The notes below the pieces were generated by a model. That model had not been told where the DNA came from. It searched no databases and was given only the letters and a program-made list of their open reading frames with translations. Below are positions 36,040-49,349 of a stretch of DNA of 64,000 nt, one piece after another. Both the position numbers and the translations under genes were made by a program. Positions within the stretch are counted from its first letter, which is position 1; every line of letters starts with the position of its first letter. Source of the stretch: Chiloscyllium plagiosum (Eukaryota); assembly GCF_004010195.1 (NCBI RefSeq), contig NC_057718.1, positions 94,088,039 to 94,152,038 of the forward strand, in the 5' to 3' direction.

Positions 36040-36650
36040 TAGAAAGGTGGGTGAAGGGCTACTTATATAAAATTAAACTCACTGAGAACATAGTGGGGAG
36101 TATTATGTGCATCCTTGGCTCCACAATATAGGAAGCACACTGGAGCAAATGGGATAATACAGTACAGATTCACAAGGATACCTTATGGCATCAGAAAATA
36201 TAAATACAAAAATATACATTTAAAAATGTGCATAGTGGAGATTACAGGGTAAGATACAAGACACAGAACCAGAAATTAGGCTATTCAACCCATTGGGTCT
36301 GCTCCACCATTCAATCATGGCTGATAGGTTTTTCAACCCCAATTTCCTGCTTTCTCCCCATAACCTTTGATCCCCTTGGCAATCAAGAGCTTATCCATCT
36401 CTGTTTTAAATATACTCAATGAGCTTGCCTCCAGGTAATTTGATGGACGTGTTTGAAGTGAGGCAAGAATAGATCAGAATAGTCTTTCCTTAAGATTAAG
36501 TAATCTAGAACAAGGGACTGTATATTAATTGTAAGCGATTTAGGACAGAGGTGTGGAGTTTTCTTTGCCAGGTACCAGAGATGCTGACTGAAGAAAAGAT
36601 TATGCAAAATTTAAGAATTGGTTCGATGGCTGGCTAAAGGAAGACAGTAA
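36040..36650. mobile_element. Decayed plus-strand CR1 with a minus-strand CR1 tail at about 36255-36430
   Basis: TTGGCTCCACAATATAGGAAG...GATTCACAAGGATACC; TAGGCTATTCAACCC...CCACCATTCAATCATGGCTGAT. Confidence 0.55.
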
Positions 36651-36692
36651 AAATGCATTAGAACATGGCAGTCAAAGGTCTACAACTTTTAA

Positions 36693-37007
36693 AAATTCAT
36701 TCACAGGACTTGGGTGCCCATTCCTAACTGCCCAGAGGATAGTTAAGAGTCAACCACATTGCTGCAAATCTGGCATCACATGTAGGCCAGACCAGGTAAG
36801 GATGACAGTTTCCTTCCCTATGGGACATTCATGAATAAGATGGATATTTTCTGACAATGGATTCATTGTTGTCATTCCAGACTTTTTTTATGCATTGAAT
36901 TCAAATTCCACCATCGGCCACAGTGGGATTTGAACCCAGGTCTCTGGGACATGACTGGGTCTCTGGATTAACAATCCAGCAATCATACCACTAGGTCATC
37001 ACCTCCC
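36693..37007 (-). mobile_element. tRNA-derived SINE, near full length
   Basis: Minus-strand head GGGAGGTGATGACCTAGTGGTAT...CCTGGGTTCAAATCCCAC (A and B boxes); tail shared with the old LINE family. Confidence 0.8.
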
Positions 37008-37359
37008 TTGTGGGGAAGGTAAGCCCCAGCATGGTGTGATTGGGCTGAACAACTGATTTCCATGCTGTCTTTATAACATATTTCCAACTCTGTGAAAGAA
37101 GACTTGTACACACAGAAGGCCTTCCATGAACATAGGACATTAAAGTGCACAAGATGGGACATCCAGGAAAATGGCACTCATGCCTTCCGTATCATTTTTC
37201 TGCTCCTTTGACAAAACTTTACCACTGAAATCTTCAGTTCAACCACTGTGCGCTAAAATCCTACAGTGAGAACCAAGCTTCCATTCCAGAGGCATGTGTG
37301 CTACCACTGAGCCAGGCTCTCATGACCAATGAGCCCCTAAATCTGTTTACTTTGACAGC

Positions 37360-37560
37360 AAATTCCAAACCCACAACCTCTACCACCCGGAAGGACAAGG
37401 GAAGCAGATGCATGGGGCATCACCACATTCGTATTCTCCCGTGAGCCACATGTGAGGTATATCACTGTTCTGTCAAAAACAAAAGCTCTCCTCTAAACAG
37501 TCCAGTGTATGCACCCACACTCTCTAGGCTGCAGCAGTTCACCACCGTCTTCTGAAAGAC
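37360..37560 (+). mobile_element. Old LINE 3' fragment
   Basis: CCACAACCTCTACCACCCGGAAGGACAAGGGAAGCAGATGCATGGGGCATCACCAC. Confidence 0.65.
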
Positions 37561-38357
37561 CTTAAAACACAGGAGCAGAATTTGGATTTTGTGTTAGAAG
37601 AATGATTTAATCTCTGGATTTCAGTCTCAGTCCTGTATCACTACTGGATTAATGTTGCTCAGAGATGAACCATTAATATTGTGATGTTGGCAAAATCCTC
37701 AAATCACCAAGTGGCTTGGATTTTCCAAAGGTTTTAAAACTATTAAGAATACACTCACAGTTTGCACAGAGTAAATGGGCCATGTTCTTTTCATTTCCTT
37801 GGATCTCAGTAACATCCAAATTGAACTCAACTGGGAACTAAATATTAGCATAAATGTGCCATTAATGATCCCAACTTCCTCTTACCCTGCTCCGGTATGG
37901 ACTCCTTAATGGATGCATGTTCAAGTACAAGTTGTGAAAATGTCATAGCAATCTTTCATCAGTAGTGTGCTCCCATCAAGTTGCTGGTTGGTAGAATTAT
38001 GTATTTGCCTTAGTTTGAGCTTTGACAACAGCTTGTTAAAGGCAGGATTGTTGAATTGTTTGTGAAGCCTGGTGGGATGGGTCTCAAATGATGTATTGCA
38101 CTTCAGCAGGAAATCATTAGTGATCATGAGTTTGATCCCTTCACAAGGCATTTCCTCTCAGCCCACCTCTCAAATAAACTGAATTAGATTTATCATCACA
38201 TATACTCACATGAGGACCATGAAAAGTTTACAAGTTGCCACTTATGGTCCCATCTTAAGTACAAAGGCACCCAGGTGCAGAATCTTAGGGGCAAAGCAGA
38301 AGAATAAATTGTCAAATGAGTTCCGCCACCAAGCAAAAATAACATAAAAACAAAAGA

Positions 38358-38560
38358 AAGCAAAAATATTGCGGGTGTTGGAAATCTGAAATAAAGACAG
38401 AAAGTGTTGGAGAAACTCAGAAGTCTCGCAGCATCTGCAGAGAGAGAAACAGAGTTAGCAGAGTTCTTAAGAAGAATCATATTGGACTCATAATGTTAAC
38501 TTTGTTTCTCTCTCCACAGATACTGCGAGCTTCTCCAGCACCCTCTCTGCTTTTATTTCT
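38358..38560. mobile_element. Penelope-type family C inverted pair
   Basis: GCATCTGCAGAGAGAGAAACAGAGTTA versus TAACTTTGTTTCTCTCTCCACAGATAC; decayed hammerhead between. Confidence 0.7.
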
Positions 38561-39471
38561 CATGAAATTGAGTCCTGGCTTCTTTGAGACAAGAGGCTGA
38601 GTCTTATTGTTTGGCCCCAACATCGATATTACTCTGCACCAACTTTACTCTGCATCAATTTTACTCAACTGTATCAATGAATACAATCAGATTACAACTT
38701 AACTACCAATGTCAAGTTTCATCTATTCTGCTGATTATGTTGGAAATACAGACAACAAATCCAACAAAAAGCCAGAATGTAGAGGTAACAGACTTGCTGA
38801 AGGAGAAGGTGGAAATCCACTTTGCTTCAGTTTGCATTCCAAACTTGTCATCCAATTTACACCCCATGGAGAGCAAATTTGACACAGGGCAATTGTGTGA
38901 AATTGTGTGATGTACTGTCTGCCTCCTGTTTAACTACCTTTCCTGGCTTCAGTTATTGTTGGTGTCAAAATGAACCCCTCCCTCCCCCATGCCACAAAGT
39001 TTATGCCAGTTTGAAGTTGAAATTGCTTTGCACTGATACTAAACTTACAGTGCAGATTTCAACACCGAAGATATTGAAGTTGAAACCAACCCTATTCTTG
39101 GCTGGGACACCCATTCATGCGCATTGCCCAGCAAGTTTGTCACTGGAGAACTTGGGAGTGATTGATGTTAATTTGATGCAGTAAATTGGAACAAACAAGT
39201 CTATGTCTGGAACTAATATCTCACCTCAATGAGTGCAGGAATTCAGCAATACAAGTAACATTGAAAATTACTTCTGCCCCCACCCCTACCCCACCCCCTT
39301 GAAGGCTGTAGCTGAAGCTTCTGTAAGATTCTAACTACATCCACCCTGTATCATGTGTGAATCAATCAAGATTGCCCACTGATTTACCAAGGGGGTATCA
39401 CAGCCTATGGCATCCCACCCTCATCTGACAACCATAGCCATACATTTTCCTGCATTGCTGTGTTCAGGATG

Positions 39472-39550
39472 TAGAGGTGCCGGTGTTGGACTGGGATGGA
39501 TAAAGTTAAAAATCACACAACTATAACCTAGTGTTGTGTGATTTTTAACT
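39472..39550. mobile_element. Family B mini-element (tail plus short hairpin)
   Basis: AGTTAAAAATCACACAAC...GTTGTGTGATTTTTAACT, a perfect 18-bp inverted repeat; imperfect flanks GTTCAGGATG and GTTCTGGATG. Confidence 0.75.
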
Positions 39551-39889
39551 GGGTTCTGGATGAGGATTTACACTGCTTTTCTCCCTTGCCTGGCTCAGTT
39601 ACACTGCAGTGGGCTTGCCTGCCTTCATCTGAGGTTAGCTATCTCAGCACAGTCTGTGGAACAAAGTGAGAATCTTGCTGGACTTGAGGCTACACTGCAT
39701 TACCAAGTGGCACATTCTTCCAATGTGCACCAGCAGACTGTGAAAGCAATTCTCTGTTTATAATGTTATGGTACACTAGGATCTTTTGAGATTTCTTTCA
39801 GCATAACGCCTGGATCAGCAAGCTCAAACAGAATTAGAAAATTTCGTGTAGGCATGATGGAAAAAGCTTGGTGAGGGTCAATGTGTATC

Positions 39890-40350
39890 AAAGCTACCAG
39901 AAGGATTTGGATACAGACTTGGAGAGAGTACAGAAATGGTTTACCAGGATGTTGCCTGGTACAGGGGAGTTTAGCAATGAAGAAAGGTTAGTTAGACTGG
40001 GTTTATTTTCATTGGAACGCAGGAGGTTGAGGGACAACATGATAGAAGTTTATAAGATTGTGAATGACATGGATAGATTGGAAAGTATGGGGCTTTTTCC
40101 CAGAGTGGACAGGTCAATTACTAGGGGACACAGGTTCAAGGTGCAGGAGGGGAAGTTGAAAAGAGTTGCGTGAGGCCAGTTTTTCACACAAAAGGTGGTG
40201 AGTACCTAGAACGCGCTGCCTGAGGAGGTGGTGGAAGCAAACACAATAACAGCATTCAAGAAGCACCTGGATGAACACATGAATAAGAAGGGAATAAAGG
40301 GATACAGATCCTGTAAGTGAAGACAGTTTTAGTATGGAAGGGCAAAATGT
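39890..40350 (+). mobile_element. CR1 3' fragment
   Basis: LERVQKWFTRMLPG...LGLFSLERRRLRDNMIEVYKI...TRGHRFKV. Confidence 0.9.
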
Positions 40351-40785
40351 GCATCTCCCACTTCCTCTGGCAGCTCATTCCATGTACGAACCATCCACTG
40401 TGTGAAAATGTTGCCCCTCAAGTTCTTTTCAAATTTTTCTCCTCTCGCCTTAAAAAATGCCCCCTTGTTTTGAACTACCCCGTCCTAAGGAAAAAAAAAC
40501 CCTTTGCTAGTCACCTTATCTATGCTCCTCATGATTTTATAAATCGTGATAAAGTGACCCCTCAACCTCCCACACTCCAGGGAAAAATGTCCCAGCCTAT
40601 CTTTATAACTCAAACCCTCCAATCCTTACAACATCCTGGTAAATCTTTTCTGAACTCTCTCCAATTTAATGATATCCTTCCTATAGCAGGGTGACCAGAA
40701 TTGTATACAGTTCTCCAAGTGTGACCTCACCTACGTCCTGTATAACATTAACATGACGTCCCAACTCCTATTCTCAATGGTCTGA
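40351..40785 (-). mobile_element. CR1 fragment, opposite orientation
   Basis: CACTTCCTCTGGCAGCTCATTCCA...CCCAACTCCTATTCTCAATG. Confidence 0.88.
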
Positions 40786-41261
40786 GTAAGAATGAGACAA
40801 CTTTTTAAAAATGCTTTATGTAGAATTATGGAGTTATTTGCACTACCAAATGATGGTATTGAGCATGAAATTAATTTCCAATGAGTGACTAGTGCAGAGC
40901 TAATCTGGGCATTAGTTCAATGAAAATATCTGTTGGTTTGTATTTGTGTACATTATCAATAATCGAAAAGCCTTTACTACCCTGCAACCCAAAATGGACG
41001 CCAATTGTCTAATCCAATTCAGTAAATCTCCCTTCCACTTCGATTACCATTCAACCTCCTCCCAATGGAAAGCAATTGGTAATGGGGCAGAGCTTTCCAT
41101 GACACTTACCCATTGGTGCGAGAGTGCCTTTGTTTTGCTCTACCAACATTGTGTGCAACTTAGCATTTCAATAACAAGTAGCATTGGTATCATTCAACAT
41201 AATTCCACTGTGCTGTATCACCTACAAATGGCCTTTCACATATTAGAGAATTTGTCCTGGA

Positions 41262-41672
41262 GATTCATAGAAGTGTGCAAACAGGCCATTTGGCCTAACA
41301 AGTCTGCACAGACCCTCCAAAGAGTAACCCAACCAGACCCATTCCCCTACTACACTACATTTTCCCCAACTAATGCACCTAACCTACATATCCCTAAACA
41401 CTCTGAGCAATTTCCCATGGCCAATGCAACTAATCTGCACATCTTTGGACTGTGGGATGAAAGGGCTTTTGCCCGAAACGTTGATTTCACTGCTCTTTGG
41501 ATGCTGCCTGAACTGCTGTGCTCTTCCTGCACCACTAATCCAGCACCTGGAGGAAACCTATGCAGACATGGGGAGAATGTGCAAACTCCACACAGACAGT
41601 CGCCCGAGGCTGGAATTGAAACAGGGTCCCTGGCGCTGACGCAGCAGTGCTAACCACTGAGCCACCGTGCTG
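41262..41672 (-). mobile_element. HE1 SINE with a nested family A hammerhead fragment (about 41457-41543)
   Basis: HE1 interrupted after GGACTGTGGG by ATGAAAGGGCTTTTGCCCGAAACGTTG... Confidence 0.85.
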
Positions 41673-41693
41673 CCCTTCATGTTGTGCGCAAGT

Positions 41694-41719
41694 CACACAC
41701 ACACACACACACACACACA
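41694..41719 (+). repeat. (CA)n microsatellite
   Basis: About 13 CA units. Confidence 0.95.
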
Positions 41720-41779
41720 TGGTTTTTAAAAATATTTTGAATTTATGGAGTAAAAGACAGCCAAGTCTGACCAGATAAC

Positions 41780-41878
41780 CTGCTCTGAAGAGGGGGCACT
41801 GGCCCTGAAACATTAACTCTTCTTTCCTTCCACAGATGCTGCCAAACTTGCTGGATTTTTCCAACAATTCCTGCCTTT
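41780..41878 (+). mobile_element. Family C Penelope-type repeat with hammerhead-like core
   Basis: CTGAAGAGGGGGCACTGGCCCTGAAACATTA...CCACAGATGCTGCC. Confidence 0.7.
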
Positions 41879-42310
41879 TGTGTGAAACAAGAAAATCTTT
41901 TGCACTGAGTGCAATTTTTGAGCCCTTTTTTAAGAAAAAATATTCACCCTCCCTCAGACCTGCTCTACTTTCAAGTTAGTTTTGTAGAAAAGTTAAAAGC
42001 TGAAAAGCTCCCCTGATTTGCCACTGTGCCTAATATGCAAGGATAATGCTAACAAAAAAGCAGGAACATTAAATTTGAAGATTCAAAGTGGGAAGAGACT
42101 TTGGTAGTGGGTTGGTCATTTTCTTGTGTAGACTTATTCATGCACATATACTCTCACGTTAAGTTTTGCACATATTCCAATCAGACTAAGAGGATAATTG
42201 TAGATACCTTGATAACTTTGATTGTGCTTTTAGATGCATCTCCCAATTTGTTCTCAGGGATGAAATTCCAGGCTTCTTGTTTCAAATTAATATTTGGTTA
42301 CACGCTTACT

Positions 42311-43280
42311 GAGTCATAGAGTCATAGAGCTGTATAGCATGGCAACAGACCCTTCAGTCCAATTCGTCTATTCCGACCAGATATCCCAATGTAATCTAGT
42401 CCCATTTTGCCAGCACTTGGTCCATATTCCTCTAAACCCTCCCTATTCAAATACCCATCCAGATGACTTTGAAATGTTGTAATTGTACCAGCCTCCACCA
42501 TTTCCTCTGGCAGCTCATTCCATTCACGCACCATCCTCTGTGTGAAAATATTGCCCCTTAGGTCTCTTTAATGTCACTCCCCCTCACTCTATACCTAGGC
42601 CCTCTAGTTCTGGACTCCCCCAACCCAGAGAAAAGACTTTGTCTGTTTATCCAATCCATGCCCCTCATGATTTTATAAACCTCTATGAGGTCACCCCTCA
42701 GTCTCCGATGCTCCAGGGAAAACAGCCCCAATCTATTCAACCTCTCCCTATAGTTCAAATCCTCCAACCCTGGCAACATCCTTGTAAATCTTTTCTGAAA
42801 CTCTTTCAAGTTTCACAACATCTTTCCAACAGGAAGCCGACCGGAATTGCAGGCAATATTCCAAAGATGGACAAACCAACATCCTGTACATCTGCAACAT
42901 GACCTCCCAACTCCTATACTCAATACTCTGACCAATAAAGAAAAGCATGCATTCACTATCCTATTTAACTGTGGCTCTACTTTCAAGGAGCTATGAATCT
43001 GCACTCCAAGGTGTTTTTGTTCAGCAACATTCCCTAGGACCTTACCATTAAGTGTATAAGTCCTGCTAAGATTTGCTTTCCCAAAATGCAGCACCTCGCA
43101 TTTGTCTAAATTAAACTCCATCTGCCACTCCTCAGCCCATTGGCCCATCTGATCAAGATCCCCTTGTAATCTGAGGTAACCTTCTTTGCTGTCCACTACA
43201 CCTCCAATTTTGGTGTCATCTGCAAACTTACTAACTATACTGCCTATGTTCACACCCAAATCATTTATATAAATGACGAA
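42311..43280 (-). mobile_element. 5'-truncated CR1
   Basis: SKFADDTKIGG...WQMEFNLDKCEVLHFG; LEYCLQF; RLRGDLIEVYKIM; GAGTCATAGAGTCATAGAG tail. Confidence 0.95.
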
Positions 43281-45269
43281 CAGCTAGATTTACCAGTGTA
43301 TAGATTTCTGAGCAACTTGTACTGGAACTGCACTGTTCGAGTTGTTCTGAGGATGGTTGAATGATTGATCGTGCCCATTTTTGGTGTTAGCCAGATGTGG
43401 CTAAGTTATAAGCACACACCATCAGTGCCATCCATTATAGGACCTGTTAGATCTTGCAGCATTGGGGTGAAAGGTAATTACCAGGTCCACTCTCACACGG
43501 AGGTGCGATTGCTCAGAATAAGACGGAGGAACGTGAAGTATGAGGTGCCAAAACTGTAGCCTTCTTTTCTTTTAACAAAACAACGCAAAGCTGTTCAAAG
43601 AGTCAACTGGAACGACCTCCACACCCCCTCACCCCCACCCTCATCAACTCGTCCACATGGCTACTAAGGCAGGCAGGCTGGGGAAACAGCTGGCAGGGAA
43701 GGCAAAGCCGAGAATTTTACACCACTCTGCAAGACAGCCACACAGGAGACAGGAACTGAGCTGAATCCACAATTCCACAAGTGACTGACCGATTACTCAT
43801 CAGGACACTTTAATTACATTTTACATTTGATCCGCTTTAATTCTACTGTCTCCCAGAGCCTGGATGTGTGTTGTGCAGGCCGACCTGTGGGGCTTTCGGA
43901 TCCCAAATAGACTGAGCGGTCAAACCAGGCGGCAGCCTGAATCTACTGGAGAGAAAATGCAGGTCGACAAAGATAAAGAAAGAATGAGCTAATCCATCTG
44001 TCATTATCAATCGGCAAGGGCCGGTTACAATCACCTGGTCATTTTAAACTATCAGGAGCGGATCAGATTGGATCAGGTTACGAAGCTAAACTTTTTTCAA
44101 TAAACCTGGCAGTCAGTAAACAGTAATCCTGAGCCTCTATTTGCTGAACGTGTCCGATTGTATCTTCCCATCCCCCACTGTCCGACTTGTGGTTAAAGAG
44201 TGTGTAAGTTCATTCAGACCTTCACAATAAGGTTACTTTAAATTCCAATGTCCTCCCCTGTTCTCTCTGCCAAAGACACTGACTTTTGCAGGGTACAGAT
44301 AAGTGTTTAAAGTGAGGTTTTTAATTGCAGTCCTTTATGCAGTAGGTTATTGTAACCTTTGGCATCAACATTATTAGCTTTTTCTCATTAGAGTTAAATC
44401 CTCTTTCTCCCCAATAGATAGTGGATGGGGAAACACGTTTTACAATTTAAGCAGAATTGTTACTTTTATATAAAGTAACTTATAGACAAATATGGAATTC
44501 TTTGACCTTTCATAATTCATAGGCTTCCAATTCTCGTCTTAAATTGTTTCAAACCATTATATTGATTGCTTTTCGAACCATATTATGAACCAGGCAGATT
44601 TAGCAGCAAGGGAACGAAGCTACATTTTAGATTACCTTTGAAAAATGGTTTGTAGCTCATTGCAAACCCTGCACTGATTCAGGACAAAGGCTTACAAGGG
44701 TGATTGAAAAAATGGCATGCACAACACAAACAGAAGTATTTGCCAGGGAGATGGCGATCCACTTAGCTGTGCCCCATGCATAACACATGCACAGTATGTG
44801 CTGTATTGTTAGACTGTGGCTAGTTTTACAATCAATATGGTGCCAGTCTGAGTTGACAGATTATTTTTTGGTTGCAAGTATTCAATGTACATTGTAAGAA
44901 TATTGATCACTTAAAGAAACACTGAAACATAAAGGATTGAAATGAGGATTTTTTTTGTTGAAATGTTCACATTTAACCCAAGAATTGACTCATTGTCTCT
45001 TGCACTGATATTTTGTGCATAAATCTTTGATGCCTGTGTCTGGTATACCATAGGAACGAGAGCAGACGAGTGACAGACACAAAACTGAAGTGTCATTCAC
45101 TTAAAACATAGCTGATTTGTACCTCAACTCCATTCACAACCTTTGCTTTGGATTACTTAATTCCCTTTGCCAACACACAAAAGCTATTGATACCTTGAAA
45201 TTTTCAATTTAACTAGCATCCACGCTTTCAGGAAAGATGGTTTCTGCTCCCTTATTCTGCATTACTTCA

Positions 45270-45730
45270 GAACAACAACAAAATTCCTGTTTATACAACA
45301 GTTTTAACTAAAATATGCAACAGGATGGGCACAGGAATGCTACTGAACAGCAACTTTCACGAATCCACAAGGGATATTAGTGCAAATGGTCAAAAGCTTA
45401 CGCAAAGGGATAAGTTTTAAGGAGTGTCTTAAAGGAGGATAGAAAGGCAATGTATTGAACTGAATTGAATCATTTATTGTCGTGTGTATTCATTATAAAA
45501 TACTGCAAAAAGTTTATACTGTCTCCATGCATTGGCACCATTCTCAATGAGATTTAGAGAGGACATTTCAGAGCTTGGTGAAGTTAAGGCAGCCTTTGGC
45601 GATGTGTGGTTAAAATTGCAGTCGTTTGAAGAGTGTACATATCTCAGTGTTGTACAGCTACAGGGATAGAGAGGGTGGAGGCCATGAACGGATTTGAAAC
45701 CAAGGATGAGAATTTTAAAATCAAGTACAT
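45270..45730 (-). mobile_element. Decayed L2-like fragment with a short insertion at about 45455-45545
   Basis: GTTTTAAGGAGTGTCTTAAAGGAGGATAGA...GGAGGCCATGAACGGATTTGAAACCAAGGATGAGAATTTTAAAATC. Confidence 0.6.
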
Positions 45731-47859
45731 TAACCCTCTTTAAGTCCAATATCTTCTTCAAACAGTGGAAAATGAGCAAAGTGTGGGAATGGTAATATAT
45801 TAATCTTCATTTTATGTTTCATTTTAAGAACAGACTATCTAATATTCTTGCACTTTTAATTGCTGTTTAGCCTATGATTCTTAATTATTTCTGCTTACCA
45901 TCTCTCAAGCATACTGTTTTCCTGTGAAAAATATGGGACAGGTGACTGGCTGTAACTTATATTCATGCAAAAATCATAGTTAGGGAGTGACAAACGTTTG
46001 ATTTATTTTTAGTCCCCATATGAAGGAGATACATGACCTGCATTCAGCACTTTTTATGATAGCTAATTTAAGATAATGAACTCAGCACCTCAGAAGTGTG
46101 GGCACAAACCATCCTTGGCACAGTGCCATCCTCACATCAAATATAACTTCACATTAAACTATGGAACTATTACAGAGGTATGATTACTGGAGGATCTAAC
46201 AAAATGTCTTTTAAAATTGGTATCTTCCAGAACAAGCATTAAAATCGGTGCAAAAACCAGCAACTTAAAAACCTTAAAGAAACAAAATGTTTATTCAGCA
46301 AAGTTCTTTAAAGGCATTCTTGGTGCTTCTTTTAACCAGCTGTCTTTTTTTGAATGATTCAAAGTCTTTTATGTTGCTATGCTCAGGCACTGTTGCAAAA
46401 TGTATTGAAAGTAAAATGACATATTATTCCTGCAACGTTCTTTGGAGCATCTTCCTTTTGAAGTCCTTTTCAGAAAGCAGTCAGTGGCTGCAGCATTTTT
46501 GTTGTTTGTTGCTATGGTAATCTTTCTTGATTGGATTAATAAAATCAGTGTGGAACTAAAGAAGCCTACACATTCTGCCTATAGTTCAAACATTAATCCT
46601 ATCTATGGAGTCAGCGACTTAGTTTCTTTTTCGCAATGTGACAACTCATTTCAATATAGAAAGGAAATTTGTTAACATAAGACTTTTTTCCAATGAATTT
46701 ACAATAATGCATCACCTTAAATTGCAAATTTCACTTTTCCCCACAGAATGCAATTTACATTTGATTGTATCAGGTCTCAAGTCTTAAGTTTTAGAAACAA
46801 TACTTGGCATTTGTTATAAGCTCTGTACTTCTAAATTATATTTAAGACCAATAAAATGAAATTGACAAATGCTATCTAAAGTTAACATCAAAAGAAGTGT
46901 TTTGTTGACATTAAATGCAATAGAAATCTTTTGCCTAATGATTTAGAGTTTTGTTCCGCATCTTTGTTGATTCAGCAATGAATGCCTGAAAATATCCACT
47001 TGGAAACAATCACTAAATGGACTGTAGCTATTTAATGATGCTGTCTGATCTTTGAATCATCTATTTAACACACAGTTCTTGGAAAAGTGTTTAAGATTCA
47101 GTTTGGCAGCTTCATTCTTATTCCATTCAATGAGCAGAACACACAACTACAATGAGAAACGTTTAAACAGAACAAACAATAGCAGAATATTGCTCTGGAT
47201 AATATAGAAATGTGTTTCAGATACCAGGGGATGATAACAAGCCAGTAAACTAAATGGATGGGCTAAAATTACAAACTTGGAGCAGTTTAGAGCCACCATG
47301 AAAACCTTGGAGTAAGTATGCAGTGAAAGAGAAATGGTGAGTGCTAAGACTTTGAAATAAAAATCAAAAATTCTGTAAATGCTCGCATTACAAAGAGGAA
47401 ATGTTAGGTTGGACCACTAGGAGTTTAGTGAATTATTGGCTAATCACTCAATGTATGAGTTATTTTTGTGTAACATCCTATGGAAATAATGCATGGTCGT
47501 GCCTGATGGTAATATCTGTAGGTCAAACAGGAAACCTTCAAGAAATGAATGAATCTTGTACGTTTACCTGCCTCCACTCAAATAATTAGAAACTGAACAA
47601 ATCCACATCGAAATATTGAACATATTTTAGTTATTAAGAAATTATATATACATAGAATTATATCTAATAAATTATGTAATAACCTAATTATATCAAAATA
47701 GTTCAGTGCATAAGTTTATGCATTTATATTAGGTGTAAAATATATGATTATACAAATAGAAAGGTATAAAATTAGATCATCTAATTGTTTTATATAAGAA
47801 TTGCCATTACACTGACATATAGTTAAATGTAAAGATATTTCATAATTGTTGAAAGGTTA

Positions 47860-48062
47860 TAGAGACATAGAGTCAAACATCATGGAAACAAGCCCTTTGT
47901 TCCAGCCAGTCCATGTCGAACATAATCCCAAACTGAACCAATTCCACCTATCTGCTCCTGGTCCATGTCCCTCCAATTCTTTCCTATTCATATACTTACC
48001 CAAATGTGTTGTCAGTGTTGTATTTGTACTCATATGCATCACTTCCTCAGGATGCTCATTCT
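47860..48062 (-). mobile_element. CR1 3' tail
   Basis: CATGGAAACAAGCCCTT...TTCCTATTCATATACTTACCCAAATG. Confidence 0.8.
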
Positions 48063-48996
48063 ATGTATCTTTAGAAAGCATTCCTGAATATGAAAACATC
48101 AAAATAGGTGATGTTGAACTCCATGATGAACTACCAATGCTTTGACAGTAATTCATTTGAGCGATAGCATCCGCTTTATATGTAATGATTTCATTTCTAT
48201 TGTGCTGCCAAAGTGTATTTATAAAGTCCACTAAGATAAAGAAGGTATTAACTTCATATAAGAAACATCTAACTATGGCTTCATCTTGCCTTGAGGATGT
48301 AACAACAAGATAATGTGACATTTTGTAGTTTCTTTCATTGCTGTATACTGTGTTCTATTAGCATATCACTCAGTCAGACGTTAGATATGTGATCCTGCTG
48401 TTGCTTGACTTCTATCCACTGGTGTAGTAGCCAACTATTATCACGAACCTTTTACCTCGGTGACCTCTGTAACCAAAGTGGTTCATCCCAAGATGCTTCC
48501 TCTATGTTTTCAGTGGAAAGGAAGATGATGTCACGACTGTCTTGTCTCCTGATGTTGGAGAACTTAAGTAACGCAGCTTGTTATCATCTCTTCTCATAGT
48601 TTTGAGAAAGTTGATCACCAAACTGGATATCTGCCTCTGGTTCAATAATTTGTGAAAGGCAAATGTCCTTGGTGCAACTGTTGCAGTATTTGACCCTCAG
48701 AACTCTCGGAATGACCAATCTCTCATTATATATGAGTAAATCATTCATTACATAGAGGTGTTCTCTTTGTTTGTAGCACTGACAAACAGGAGGATTATGC
48801 AGCATGCATACCAGCCATCCCTTCAACCGCTACTCTTTGTCTTAACATTTTTCATTAAATACCTGTGTCTCTCTGATTTAATACAGTCACTGAATTGCAA
48901 TTGTCATTGAGGTGAAAGTTTCCAACTCTTCACTGAAAACTCAGTCACCTTGTTCAGGCCTAGCCAGAAGAATACAGGGCAAAGCATTTTCTAAAG

Positions 48997-49162
48997 CCTA
49001 GGCGAAAGTGAGTACTGCAGATGCTGGTGATAGAGTCAAGAGCGTGGTGCTGGAAAAGCACAGCATGTCAGGCAGCATTCAAGGAGCAGGAAAATCAATG
49101 TTTCGGGCAAAAGCCCTTCATCAGGCGGATGCTGCTTGAGCTGCTGTGCTTTTCCAGCACCA
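48997..49162. mobile_element. Family A inverted mini-element
   Basis: 12-bp TSD CATTTTCTAAAG at 48985-48996 and 49163-49174; minus-strand CTGATGAAGGGCTTTTGCCCGAAAC. Confidence 0.85.
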
Positions 49163-49349
49163 CATTTTCTAAAGTCTTTTGCTTTCCTGGTGCATTCTCT
49201 GCCTTTGCATCAAACCCTGTCCTGTTCACTTTAAAAGGCTGTACATGGGGAGACATCTGCATTGTCTCTATCTTGACGTGAAGACCAAGAACATAAACTG
49301 CAAACTGTTCACAAGCTTATGGAGCAGCTAATCTTTTCTTTAACCTTTC

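Noticed and set aside
40946..41653. 235-aa ORF
   Set aside because: Non-ATG start; runs through antisense HE1 and a Penelope fragment; no recognisable domain
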